Positions 1 through 9,280 of a stretch of DNA of 49,401 bases are shown here, in pieces (the first letter of the stretch is position 1; each line of letters begins with the position of its first letter). Made by a program: the position numbers and the translations under genes. The stretch comes from an uncultured Clostridium sp. (GTDB lineage Bacteria; Bacillota; Clostridia; TANB77; CAG-508). Where the stretch lies: contig CAMNND010000002.1 in assembly GCA_946545035.1 (NCBI GenBank), forward strand, positions 1 to 49,401, in the 5' to 3' direction. The notes under the pieces were generated by a model. The model was not told the DNA's origin and ran no database searches. It worked only from the letters and a program-made list of their open reading frames with translations.

Positions 1-31
1 AAGCTGCCGTACTATTATAGCACAGCAGCTT
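1..31 (-). terminator. Possible stem-loop just downstream of the 39..368 gene, cut by the window edge
   Basis: aagctgc (1-7) pairs with gcagctt (25-31). It lies a few nt past the minus-strand stop codon. Any U-tract would fall outside the window. Confidence 0.3.
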
Positions 32-38
32 ATTTATG

Positions 39-368
39 TCAATTATTAACTTCTTTTTTGTGTTTCTTTTCATTTAACTCTAATATATCCATTACAATTT
101 TCTTTTTTCTTTTATCAGCTATGTATCTTGTATACAAGTCAATTATAATACTGCATGCACATCTAGATAGACTTTGAATACCGTTATATCTATATTTATA
201 AAAGTTGTTTTTATTATTTCTCATTTCATCTATAGCTCTTTTAGGTATCTGAAAATATTCATCTCTTGGTATATAATTTAAAACTTCCAAAACTTCTACA
301 TATGCTTTACGCATATCTTCTTCACTATAACCATCCATAATAGCCATCCTATCTACGTTTTTTTTCAC
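39..368 (-). CDS. Small hypothetical protein (109 aa) with a lysine-rich C-terminus
   Basis: Open frame with a GTG start at 368; an alternative ATG is at 347 (MAIMDG...). No motif recognised. Its start overlaps the end of the start-less open frame at 352..594. Confidence 0.5.
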   Translation of the reverse strand: MKKNVDRMAIMDGYSEEDMRKAYVEVLEVLNYIPRDEYFQIPKRAIDEMRNNKNNFYKYRYNGIQSLSRCACSIIIDLYTRYIADKRKKKIVMDILELNEKKHKKEVNN

Positions 369-568
369 TTTTATTCTTCTTCATTGCCCTTCTTGATGCA
401 CGATTTAATTTTTCAATCTCAGCTCTTTCAATTTCTTGTGCACGAAGCACAGATTTAACAATTGAATCAAATCCTACAGGGCTAATCTCAATAATATTTT
501 TACTACTATTTTTTCTTATAATCTGTTCAAATCTATCTTTTATGGCCTGTATAAAATTTTTATTAACC

Positions 569-1726
569 TTATCTATATTTTTTCTTCCGTAATCTCATAA
601 AAATGTAATCATATATACTATTAATATCCATTACCTCTGTGTCAGAAAGTGCATTTATATCCGTAATATTTGAATATTCAATGAATTTTTCTTCTAAAAA
701 GTCTTCTAGCATCATATATGTTTCTTGTCCTTGCGGTACAAAATTTTCTCTTCTGAATTTTGTAGTCTCATTTATACCTTTAAAACGCGAAACTATATAA
801 CATAGCTTTTCTAAATTTTTAAAATCTAAACCTTCTTGCTCTACTTTCTTTTGATACTCTGGAATAACAAACCCATTAATAAATCCAAATTGAGCTATTC
901 CGTAAAATGTATCAAATGACTCTATGGATCTACTTGTTTCATCTCCTGGATTTTCTATATCTTCACACGCATCAATCGCAGCAAATTCTTTTGATGCAAT
1001 ATCAAAACTCTTTAAGAACAAGACTACATCGCCATCCTTCATATTAAGCATTTGACCTATTTTATGAAAATCTCCATCAGCTATTTTTAAAGTTTCTTCC
1101 TCGCCAATCAGCTCTGAAATCGTTTCAATATAGTATTTTTCAAGTGGATAAGCTTCTCTACTCATTTCAGTTCCTAGAATTTTCTCTGTAAGCCACACTG
1201 TAAATCCCTCATTAAATCCATCTCCAAGAGATGTATCATCTATTCTTCTATAAAAATTTTCTTTCATTAAAAATCGACGTAAAAAGCCTTTTGTACTTTT
1301 CAATTTAATAAATTCGTTAAAAACTCCTCTAATAACTTTTTTATTCTTTTTACCATTTGTCGAACATCCTGTTATTATTAGATCTTTCTGTCTTGCATTT
1401 ACCAATATAGCATGTATGCTTTCATGAACAACAATATGCATCATATCATTGTCTTTGCGAATATCCTCAATACTAAGTTTATTTTTAGAGCAGAAATGTA
1501 TTTCTTTATTAACAAGACTATATCTTGCTGCAACACCATCTTTTTTATCTATTGGTATTCTTCTAATAGAACTTATATTAGCTTCTAAAATTTCTTTCAT
1601 TCTATCGGGATTATTACCAAATAAATTCATAAAAGGTGTGTAATTTGGATACACTTCATCAACAAGAAATGTTATTAATTCTTGAACAGATATTTCATTA
1701 TCAATATATTCTTCAACTTCCTTCAT
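569..1726 (-). CDS. Cytoplasmic HExxH protein, putative gluzincin-like metallopeptidase
   Basis: 385-aa ORF. It has an HESIH motif (VVHESIHAIL), followed about 65 residues later by GFNEGFTVWLTE, which resembles the NEG third-ligand motif of gluzincins. No signal peptide or TM segment seen. Confidence 0.55.
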   Translation of the reverse strand: MKEVEEYIDNEISVQELITFLVDEVYPNYTPFMNLFGNNPDRMKEILEANISSIRRIPIDKKDGVAARYSLVNKEIHFCSKNKLSIEDIRKDNDMMHIVVHESIHAILVNARQKDLIITGCSTNGKKNKKVIRGVFNEFIKLKSTKGFLRRFLMKENFYRRIDDTSLGDGFNEGFTVWLTEKILGTEMSREAYPLEKYYIETISELIGEEETLKIADGDFHKIGQMLNMKDGDVVLFLKSFDIASKEFAAIDACEDIENPGDETSRSIESFDTFYGIAQFGFINGFVIPEYQKKVEQEGLDFKNLEKLCYIVSRFKGINETTKFRRENFVPQGQETYMMLEDFLEEKFIEYSNITDINALSDTEVMDINSIYDYIFMRLRKKKYR

Positions 1727-1744
1727 AAATTATCCTTTCATAAT

Positions 1745-3040
1745 TTATTCTGCAATCAAACATTCCGCATTTGCATCAACTATCATAACATCTTTTATTT
1801 TATTTTCTAATCCTTCATCTGTTCTATATTTTACAACCATATAATTTTTAGTATGGCCTTTATAATAGCCATTATCTTTTTCTTCAAAAAGGACTTGCAC
1901 TTTTTTACCTATATAAGATTTGTTATATTCTAATTCACTTTCATCAGAAAGCTCTATTAGTTTCTTACTTCTAATTTCTTTTATTTTAGAATCTACTTGA
2001 TTTGGCATTACAGCAGCTTTCGTTCCTTTTCGTGGTGAATATTTAAAAACATGCATATGATAAAATTTAATCTTCTTTAAGAATTCATATGTCTCATTAA
2101 ATTCTTCTACTGTCTCACCAGGAAATCCAACAATAATATCTGTAGTAAGTGCTGCATTTGGAAATTTTGCTCTTAGTCTGTTTGTTGCTTCAAAAAACTC
2201 CTCTGCAGTATATCTTCTGTTCATTCTTTTTAATGTTTCTGTACAACCACTTTGTAATGATAAATGAAAATGATCACATATTTTATCCAATTTAGATAAT
2301 CTTTCAATAAAATCATCAGTCATTATAATTGGCTCTATTGAACTTAATCTAATTCTTTGTAAGCCTTCGACTTCATTTATTTTTTCTAATAAATCAATTA
2401 ATGTTGTTCCATCTTTAAAATCTCTACCATAAGATGCAACATGTATTCCTGTAATTACAACCTCTTTAAATCCATCATCTACAACTTTTTTTACTTCTTC
2501 AATAACATTATCTATTGATCTACTTCTTATATGACCTCTTGCAAAAGGAATTAAGCAGTATGAACAAAATCTATCGCAGCCATCTTGTACCTTAATAACA
2601 GCTCTTGTTTTTTCAGTATATGTTGTTGGTCCAAATTCGACATATTCTTCCTTGTACATAACATCAGAAACAATTTCGTTTACTTTATTATCAGCTCTAT
2701 ATTTTTCAATTATTTCAATAATATCATTTTTTTCATTATTACCAATTACTAAATTAACATCTTCAATTTTTTCAATTTCTTTAGCTGCAACTTGAGCATA
2801 GCACCCACAAGCAACAACTATAGAATTTTCATTATGTTCCTTTGCACGTCTTAACATTTGTCTAGATTTTTTATCTGCAATACTTGTGACTGTACATGTA
2901 TTTACAATATATATATCCGCTGGCTCTTCAAAATCTACTACGCTATATCCATGCTCGATAAATTTTTGTGCCATTGCGTTTGTCTCATATTGATTCACTT
3001 TACACCCTAATGAGCAAAAAGCTACCTTTAACTTTTCCAT
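1745..3040 (-). CDS. mtaB: tRNA threonylcarbamoyladenosine methylthiotransferase MtaB (radical SAM, MiaB-like)
   Basis: N-terminus is KVAFCSLGCKVNQYETNAM...YIVNTCTVT (UPF0004 Cys triad). Radical-SAM motif CDRFCSYC is present. Strong resemblance to B. subtilis YqeV. AGAGGA lies 6 nt upstream of the ATG at 3040, so I prefer that start over 3055. Confidence 0.9.
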   Translation of the reverse strand: MEKLKVAFCSLGCKVNQYETNAMAQKFIEHGYSVVDFEEPADIYIVNTCTVTSIADKKSRQMLRRAKEHNENSIVVACGCYAQVAAKEIEKIEDVNLVIGNNEKNDIIEIIEKYRADNKVNEIVSDVMYKEEYVEFGPTTYTEKTRAVIKVQDGCDRFCSYCLIPFARGHIRSRSIDNVIEEVKKVVDDGFKEVVITGIHVASYGRDFKDGTTLIDLLEKINEVEGLQRIRLSSIEPIIMTDDFIERLSKLDKICDHFHLSLQSGCTETLKRMNRRYTAEEFFEATNRLRAKFPNAALTTDIIVGFPGETVEEFNETYEFLKKIKFYHMHVFKYSPRKGTKAAVMPNQVDSKIKEIRSKKLIELSDESELEYNKSYIGKKVQVLFEEKDNGYYKGHTKNYMVVKYRTDEGLENKIKDVMIVDANAECLIAE

Positions 3041-3196
3041 ATATTTTCCTCTCATAATAATCTCAATACCAGTGATTATACCATTTTTATGTAAATATGT
3101 AAATACAAAACTCTCTTCAAATACAAGTATTTAAATATTCTTGGAAAATAAGTTGTATTAAATTCCAATTATCGATATAATAAGTATGGTGATATT

Positions 3197-4057
3197 ATGA
3201 GTAGAACAAAAGGAAAGAGATTTGCCGATAAGAAATCAAAAAAATCGGCAGAAAATATTGAAAAAAGAGAGAATAATAGCTCTGGTAAAGTAAAACAAAC
3301 AAACTTAAAGAAAAAGAATAAAAAACTATATAATATAATAATACTTATTTGTATTTGTGTAATAATCTATTCGTTATACAATATAGTTAAATGGGCAATA
3401 GAAAATAAAAAAAATAATGAGTTACTAAGTGAAGTTCAAAATATTGCACATATAACCCATGAGGAAATAGTAATTAACGAGCAACCCGTTGTTAAATCTA
3501 ATTATGATTTAACAGAGCTTTTAAATAGAAATCCAAATACTGTTGGATGGATTTACGTTCCAAATACCAAGATAGACTATCCCGTTGTTCAAGCAAATGA
3601 TAATGACTATTATCTAACACATTCGTTCAATAATACAGAAAACTCTGCTGGTTGGGTATTTGCTGATTCATCTTGCGATGTTAAAAAATCTCAAAACGTT
3701 GTTATATACGGACATAATAGAAAAGATAGAAGCATGTTCGGATCACTAAAAAATGTTCAAGATGACGAATGGCTTTCTAACCCAAGTAACCACTATATTA
3801 CATTTGCTAATCTAGATGACACCGGTATCTATAAGATTTTTTCAGTATTTGTAGTCAATGACGAACATGTTAATTCATACTTAGAAACCGACTTTACTTC
3901 TGACGAAGCATTTAAAACTTACTTAAGAAAAATTAAAAATACAAGTTATCAACAATTTGACACTGATATAGAAAATACAGAAAAAATCATAACATTGTAT
4001 ACATGTTATGGAGCAAACAATCAAAGATTACTTGTATATGCTGCAAAGGTATTTTAG
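3197..4057 (+). CDS. srtB: Class B sortase
   Basis: N-terminal TM anchor. Motifs: GWIYVPNTKIDYPVVQANDNDYYL, catalytic His in VVIYGHN, catalytic Cys in ITLYTCY. The layout closely parallels SrtB of C. difficile and S. aureus. Confidence 0.88.
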   Translation: MSRTKGKRFADKKSKKSAENIEKRENNSSGKVKQTNLKKKNKKLYNIIILICICVIIYSLYNIVKWAIENKKNNELLSEVQNIAHITHEEIVINEQPVVKSNYDLTELLNRNPNTVGWIYVPNTKIDYPVVQANDNDYYLTHSFNNTENSAGWVFADSSCDVKKSQNVVIYGHNRKDRSMFGSLKNVQDDEWLSNPSNHYITFANLDDTGIYKIFSVFVVNDEHVNSYLETDFTSDEAFKTYLRKIKNTSYQQFDTDIENTEKIITLYTCYGANNQRLLVYAAKVF

Positions 4058-4083
4058 TTTTTAATTTATACTTTTTATACAAA

Positions 4084-4124
4084 AAAGCTTTATTTGATTA
4101 ACCCTATTAAATAAAGCTTTTTTA
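4084..4124 (+). terminator. Rho-independent terminator after the sortase gene
   Basis: A 12-bp stem, aaagctttattt (4084-4095) with aaataaagcttt (4109-4120), followed by a T-run. Confidence 0.75.
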
Positions 4125-4208
4125 ATTTACTTTTTTCCCCTCTACCCTTTATTTTTCTAATTTTATGTAGTATAATGGTGGAAATTTTATTTCGAAAGGA
4201 TGATGTTC

Positions 4209-6611
4209 ATGGATTATAATTATCAAGAAATTGAAAAAAAGTGGCAAAATTATTGGGACGAAAACAAAACATTTAAAACTGATGTATGGGACTTTTCAAA
4301 GCCTAAATATTATGCATTAGATATGTTTCCTTACCCATCTGGACAAGGTTTACATGTTGGACACCCAGAAGGATATACTGCAACTGACATTTTATCAAGA
4401 ATGAAAAGAATGCAAGGATTCAACGTATTACACCCTATGGGTTGGGATGCTTTTGGATTACCTGCTGAACAATATGCAATTAATACAGGAAATCATCCAG
4501 ACTTATTTACCCAAAGAAATATTGAAACATTTAGAAGACAATTAAAGATGCTTGGTCTTTCTTTTGATTGGGATAGAGAAGTTTCAACTTGTGATCCTAA
4601 TTATTACAAATGGACACAATGGATTTTTAAACAACTATTTAATGATGGATTAGCAAAGCTTGTTGACATGCCTGTTAACTGGTGCGAAGAGCTTGGAACA
4701 GTTTTAGCAAACGACGAAGTTATCGATGGAAAAAGTGAACGTGGTGGATTCCCTGTAGTTAGAAAAAATATGAAACAATGGGTTCTAGATATTCCAGCTT
4801 ATGCAGATAAACTAATAGATAACCTAGATAAAATAGATTGGCCAGAATCAACTAAAGAAATTGAGAGAAACTGGATTGGAAGATCCGAGGGAGCTCATGT
4901 AATATTCAAAGTTGCTGGTCACGATGATTTAAACTTCACAGTATTTACAACAAGATGTGATACTTTATTTGGTGCTACATATTGTGTGCTTGCTCCTGAA
5001 AGTGAATTAGTACAAAAAATAACAACATCTGAACAAAAAGCAGCTGTTGATGCATACATAAAAGAATGTAGCTCTAAATCAGACCTAGAAAGAACAGAAC
5101 TTAATAAGGAAAAAACTGGTGTATTCACAGGAGCTTATGCTATTAATCCTGTTAATAATAAAGAAATTCCTATATGGATTTCAGATTATGTTCTTGCATC
5201 ATATGGTACAGGAGCAATCATGGCAGTTCCAGCTCATGATACAAGAGACTACGAATTTGCTAAGAAATTTGGAATTGATATTATTCCAGTTCTTGAAGGT
5301 GGAGATGTTTCTAAAGAAGCATTTACCGAAGATGGTCTACATATTAATTCAGGATTCTTAGATGGACTAAACAAAGAAGATGCTATTGAAAAAATGATTA
5401 AATGGCTTGAGGACAACAAAGTTGGTGAAAAAAGAGTTAATTATAAACTTCGTGAATGGATATTTGCACGTCAACGTTATTGGGGTGAACCAATTCCAAT
5501 TGTACATTTTGACGATGGAAGTATGGATGTATTACCAGATGAAGATTTACCTTTAATTCTTCCAGAGCTAGAAGATTATAAACCTTCAAAAACTGGAGCT
5601 TCACCACTTGAAAAAGCAACAGACTGGTTAGATGTAACTATTAATGGAAAACATGGTAAAAGAGAAACAAGTACAATGCCTGGATCTGCTGGATCTAGCT
5701 GGTATTTCTTAAGATATATTGACCCACATAATGACAAAGAAATTTGTAATCCAGAGCTTCTAAAACACTGGCTACCAGTGGATTTATATATGGGTGGACC
5801 AGAGCATGCTGTAGGACATCTATTGTATTCAAGATTTTGGAACAACTATCTATTTGATAAAGGCATCGTTCCAGTTGATGAACCATTTGCAAAACTTCGT
5901 CATCAAGGTATGATTCTTGGTTCAAATGGTGAAAAAATGAGTAAATCAAAAGGTAATGTTGTTAATCCAGATGATATGATAAAAGAATATGGTTGCGATA
6001 GCTTAAGATTATACGAAATGTTTATGGGACCTATTGAAGCAGCTAAACCATGGGATCCAAATGGTATCGATGGATCAAAGAAATTCTTGGATAGAGTTTG
6101 GAGATTATTTACAGAATCTGGAAAAATTTCTGATGCTGAAAATAAGAATTTAGATAAGGTTTATAACTATACTGTTAAGAAAGTTACAAACGACTATGAA
6201 ACAATGAACTTCAATACCGCAATAAGCCAACTTATGATTTTCGTAAATGCAGCATACAAAGAAGATATCGTTCCTGCTAAATATGCAGAAGGATTCCTTC
6301 AATTATTAAACCCTGTTGCTCCACATATAACAGAAGAGCTTTGGAATGTAGTATGTGGTCATAATGAATCAATTGCATATTCAACATGGCCAACATTTGA
6401 TGAGTCAAAACTTGTTGATGATGATGTTCTAATCCCAGTACAAGTTAATGGAAAACTAAAAGACACAATAACAGTGCCAATTGATTCTGAGGAAAGTTTT
6501 GTAAAACAAACAGCTCATGAAAACATTAAAGTAAAAAATGCTATTGAAGGAAAAACAATTGTTAAAGAAATATATGTAAAGAATAAAATATTTAATATAG
6601 TTGTTAAATAA
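4209..6611 (+). CDS. leuS: Leucine--tRNA ligase
   Basis: [17 protein letters not shown]-terminus, a HIGH-type motif (HVGHPEGY) and KMSKS. Length is about 800 aa. AAAGGA at 4195-4200 best serves the ATG at 4209; the ORF track begins at 4200. Confidence 0.97.
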   Translation: MDYNYQEIEKKWQNYWDENKTFKTDVWDFSKPKYYALDMFPYPSGQGLHVGHPEGYTATDILSRMKRMQGFNVLHPMGWDAFGLPAEQYAINTGNHPDLFTQRNIETFRRQLKMLGLSFDWDREVSTCDPNYYKWTQWIFKQLFNDGLAKLVDMPVNWCEELGTVLANDEVIDGKSERGGFPVVRKNMKQWVLDIPAYADKLIDNLDKIDWPESTKEIERNWIGRSEGAHVIFKVAGHDDLNFTVFTTRCDTLFGATYCVLAPESELVQKITTSEQKAAVDAYIKECSSKSDLERTELNKEKTGVFTGAYAINPVNNKEIPIWISDYVLASYGTGAIMAVPAHDTRDYEFAKKFGIDIIPVLEGGDVSKEAFTEDGLHINSGFLDGLNKEDAIEKMIKWLEDNKVGEKRVNYKLREWIFARQRYWGEPIPIVHFDDGSMDVLPDEDLPLILPELEDYKPSKTGASPLEKATDWLDVTINGKHGKRETSTMPGSAGSSWYFLRYIDPHNDKEICNPELLKHWLPVDLYMGGPEHAVGHLLYSRFWNNYLFDKGIVPVDEPFAKLRHQGMILGSNGEKMSKSKGNVVNPDDMIKEYGCDSLRLYEMFMGPIEAAKPWDPNGIDGSKKFLDRVWRLFTESGKISDAENKNLDKVYNYTVKKVTNDYETMNFNTAISQLMIFVNAAYKEDIVPAKYAEGFLQLLNPVAPHITEELWNVVCGHNESIAYSTWPTFDESKLVDDDVLIPVQVNGKLKDTITVPIDSEESFVKQTAHENIKVKNAIEGKTIVKEIYVKNKIFNIVVK

Positions 6612-6642
6612 CTTATACATTTATTAGATTAATTAATACACA

Positions 6643-6671
6643 AAGGGACTGATCAAAAAGATCAGTCCCTT
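6643..6671. terminator. Bidirectional terminator between the convergent leuS and 6677..7261 genes
   Basis: A 12-bp perfect stem, aagggactgatc (6643-6654) with gatcagtccctt (6660-6671), and an AAAAA loop. Confidence 0.8.
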
Positions 6672-6676
6672 GTGCT

Positions 6677-7261
6677 CTAAAAGATGTCACAACAATCGTT
6701 TGGAACGTCCAAGCAATCACAACAGTCGCCATGCTCACCACAATAACGACAATCGTCATCCTCTTCTTCGCTACTCGCTTCGTTGACTTCGTCAGCCAGA
6801 CTTACTGCACTTTTACATTCATCAGTTTTGTCTTCTTTATTGACGTTGCATGCATCATTTGCTTCATCTGCTAAGTAACTATCGGTGTCAGTATCGTCAT
6901 TGTCATATAACTCATTAACGTAATCTGCAAAAGACATATACATGCACTTGAAGTAATCTGTAACATTCGACCATTTGTCATACACAATTGTTTCAGCTAT
7001 GGTGATGTTTACAAGGCTTCCCTGCATCCAGCCGAAGACCCTTCCACAAGATGAATGCTCATCCTCATTTTCTTTTGGTAATACTACCTTTCCATCAAGA
7101 ATCCTGAGCATATAATCGATACTCGAAATTGCATCTTTAATGAATTTTGCCTGAATATTAATAAGTTCAAGTCTTTCTCCGTCAGGCTTGAGAAATTCAC
7201 CCTTGAGAACTTTCTCAAAATCCCTTTTTTCACGCTTTAGCCGTTCTTTTAAAGTTGCCAT
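6677..7261 (-). CDS. Orphan acidic protein with a Cys-rich C-terminal tail (194 aa)
   Basis: Clean ORF with an AAAGGAGGA RBS. The last 24 residues, CRYCGEHGDCCDCLDVPNDCCDIF, contain 7 Cys. A long D/E-rich segment precedes the tail. The gene has its own promoter and terminator. No family recognised. Confidence 0.7.
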   Translation of the reverse strand: MATLKERLKREKRDFEKVLKGEFLKPDGERLELINIQAKFIKDAISSIDYMLRILDGKVVLPKENEDEHSSCGRVFGWMQGSLVNITIAETIVYDKWSNVTDYFKCMYMSFADYVNELYDNDDTDTDSYLADEANDACNVNKEDKTDECKSAVSLADEVNEASSEEEDDDCRYCGEHGDCCDCLDVPNDCCDIF

Positions 7262-7333
7262 TTTATCCTCCTTTGTAATATAGATTAGTTTATGGCTTCA
7301 ACTAATAGGCACTTTACCTAAAAGTATTTATAT

Positions 7334-7362
7334 ATTCTATCATATTTTATGTAAATGTTCAA
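7334..7362 (-). promoter_or_regulatory. Sigma-A-type promoter for the Cys-rich protein gene
   Basis: On the minus strand: TTGAAC (7362-7357), a 17-nt spacer, then TAGAAT (7339-7334) preceded by TGA (extended -10). Confidence 0.6.
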
Positions 7363-7367
7363 TAGAA

Positions 7368-7392
7368 AAGACATAGATATAATCTATGTCTT
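7368..7392 (-). terminator. Terminator downstream of the LCP gene
   Basis: A 10-bp stem, aagacataga (7368-7377) with tctatgtctt (7383-7392), immediately after the stop at 7400. Confidence 0.7.
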
Positions 7393-7399
7393 CATTTTA

Positions 7400-7900
7400 T
7401 TAGTTTCCGGATTCTGTAGAAGATGATGCGCTACTTGATTCTCCGCTACTACTTTCACTACCACTGTTACTACTTCCTCCACTTGAACTATTGCTACTGC
7501 TACTTTCTGAGCTTTCGCCACTACTTCCGCCACTTGAAGATTCTCCACTACTTGAACCAGATTCACTATTTCCTCCTGATGACGAACTTGTTCCTGAACC
7601 AGAGCTTGAGCTAGAAGATGTATTTTCTTCGTTGTTGGTTGATTTAGAAGATGTGTTATCTTCTTCATCCGTATCATTTTTCTTTGTTGTATTTGAAGTT
7701 TCATTTTTCTTGGTTGTAGATTTCTCTGTTGTTGTTTTAGTTGTGTTTGTTGATTTTGTTGTATTTGTATTTTTATCGGTATTGGTCGTTGTATTTTTAG
7801 TAGTGCTCTTATTTTCATTACTGCTGCTATCATTGTCTTTATTCTTTTTTGTAGTTATAGCCTGTATTGATTTTGTTGCAGATCCGTTACTTTTTATATA
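7400..7900 (-). repeat. Low-complexity, imperfectly repetitive coding tract (S/T/N/G/E codons) in the LCP tail
   Basis: It encodes ...TTKNTTTNTDKNTNTTKSTNTTKTT...SSSGGNSESGSSSGESSSGGSSGESSESSSS.... Near-repeats ctacttcctccacttgaa (7471-7488) and ctacttccgccacttgaa (7521-7538) are present. Several frames on both strands stay open here, a typical low-complexity artefact. Confidence 0.75.
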
Positions 7901-9058
7901 CTTTTTCTTTTCTGCGTCCGTCAAACCTAGCTTTTGGATATAACCATCAATTACTTCTTTTGATTTTTGACTATCTGGTTTAAAGAACCATAATGTTGTC
8001 TTAACCATACCTCCAGGTAATTGAGACATTTCAAGCTCTTCCATGTTAAAATCTATTGCATACGGAATATATCCTACTGCTTGATCCCATTTTATATTCG
8101 TTTCCAAATTATCAAAAATATCCTTTGCTATGCTCTTTATCTTATCAATATCTCTTGTTTGAAGAACCTTTTGTGCAACCACCTTCATAAACTCTCTTTG
8201 TGTTCTTGTTCTTCCCTCATCATTATCACCATAACTTGCTGGGTAAGATGTATTATTATTGTTATGTCTAAATCTTACAAGTTGCTCTGCCTGATCACCA
8301 TTAAGCTTTTGATATCCAGCTTTAAGATGAATGTGTAAATCCTGAGAATCATCATCATAATCCATATCTACTGGTACATCAAACTCAACTCCACCAATTG
8401 TATTAACAATGTTTACAAGTACGCTAGTTTTAACTATTACATAGTAATCTATGTTAATACCTGTAAGACTTTCAACCGCTTCAATTGTCTTTTCAGGATT
8501 CTTTTTATTAATTTGATATAGAGCATTTATCTTATCTCCACCAGCACCATTATTGATGTTATTACCTACATAAGTATCTCTTGGTATAGATAATACAAAT
8601 GATTGGTTTGTATCAGGATTATATCCTATAAGCATAATTGTATCAGTTAGCTCTGCAGATATATCCTCACTTATTCCCATGACAAGAACAAATATTGGGT
8701 CTTGATCTCCTACAGCATCTTTAAACATCTCTTTAACGGCTGCCTTAACATCCCCACCATTCTTTATGACATATCTTGCAAATATGGTAACAAAGACAAC
8801 AAGTATTATAATTAAAATAATTAAAATCGTTTTCAGAATTTTATTCATCTTCTTTTTCTTTTTTCTTTTTTCTTTATTTTTGTCTCTGTTTTCTGTGCTT
8901 ACTGTATCATCTAATACTGGAATGTTAACAACAACTTCATCTTCTTTAAAATCTTCTTTATGAATCTTTTCTTCTCTATTTTTATTTGTTTTTATAACTT
9001 CGGCTTTACGACTAGTGCCTCTCTTGCTCTTTTTGACAGCACTATGTCTTCCGTTCAT
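7400..9058 (-). CDS. LytR-CpsA-Psr (LCP) family protein with a long Ser/Thr/Asn/Gly-rich C-terminal tail
   Basis: Basic N-terminus plus one TM (ILKTILIILIIILVVFVTIFA). LCP core motifs: DTIMLIGYNPDT..SIPRDTYV, INALY, GGVEFDVP, LNGDQAEQLVRFRH. The last ~165 aa are low complexity. Confidence 0.88.
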   Translation of the reverse strand: MNGRHSAVKKSKRGTSRKAEVIKTNKNREEKIHKEDFKEDEVVVNIPVLDDTVSTENRDKNKEKRKKKKKMNKILKTILIILIIILVVFVTIFARYVIKNGGDVKAAVKEMFKDAVGDQDPIFVLVMGISEDISAELTDTIMLIGYNPDTNQSFVLSIPRDTYVGNNINNGAGGDKINALYQINKKNPEKTIEAVESLTGINIDYYVIVKTSVLVNIVNTIGGVEFDVPVDMDYDDDSQDLHIHLKAGYQKLNGDQAEQLVRFRHNNNNTSYPASYGDNDEGRTRTQREFMKVVAQKVLQTRDIDKIKSIAKDIFDNLETNIKWDQAVGYIPYAIDFNMEELEMSQLPGGMVKTTLWFFKPDSQKSKEVIDGYIQKLGLTDAEKKKYIKSNGSATKSIQAITTKKNKDNDSSSNENKSTTKNTTTNTDKNTNTTKSTNTTKTTTEKSTTKKNETSNTTKKNDTDEEDNTSSKSTNNEENTSSSSSSGSGTSSSSGGNSESGSSSGESSSGGSSGESSESSSSNSSSGGSSNSGSESSSGESSSASSSTESGN

Positions 9059-9280
9059 TTTCTCTATTTCCCATAAATTCCCTCTTTCGTATAATTTTTA
9101 CATTAATAAAAGAAAGTTTTATGAACTTTAAAAGTTCATTCGTAAATGCTTACTTTTTTTGATTGTACTATTAAGATTTTTTAAAGTCAATAAAATCACG
9201 CATTTTTCACATAACACATTAGTACAAAAAAAGATTATTTCTACAATTTAATTATTTGTAAAAACAATCTTTTTTCATTT

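Noticed and set aside
4125-4208. Looked for a T-box leader upstream of leuS, which is common for Firmicute aminoacyl-tRNA synthetase genes
   Set aside because: Only about 85 nt separate the sortase terminator from the leuS start. A TATAAT lies about 30 nt before the ATG. That is far too short for a T-box (about 200 nt or more), and I saw no specifier or antiterminator structure.
7384-7943. Long alternative-frame ORFs (7384..7833 minus, 7491..7943 plus, 7423..7614 plus) overlapping the LCP gene tail
   Set aside because: They lie entirely within the low-complexity Ser/Thr/Asn-coding tract, where several frames stay open by composition. Their products are implausible Q/L/V- or F/L/V-rich strings with no RBS. 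The LCP frame is continuous with a recognisable catalytic domain.
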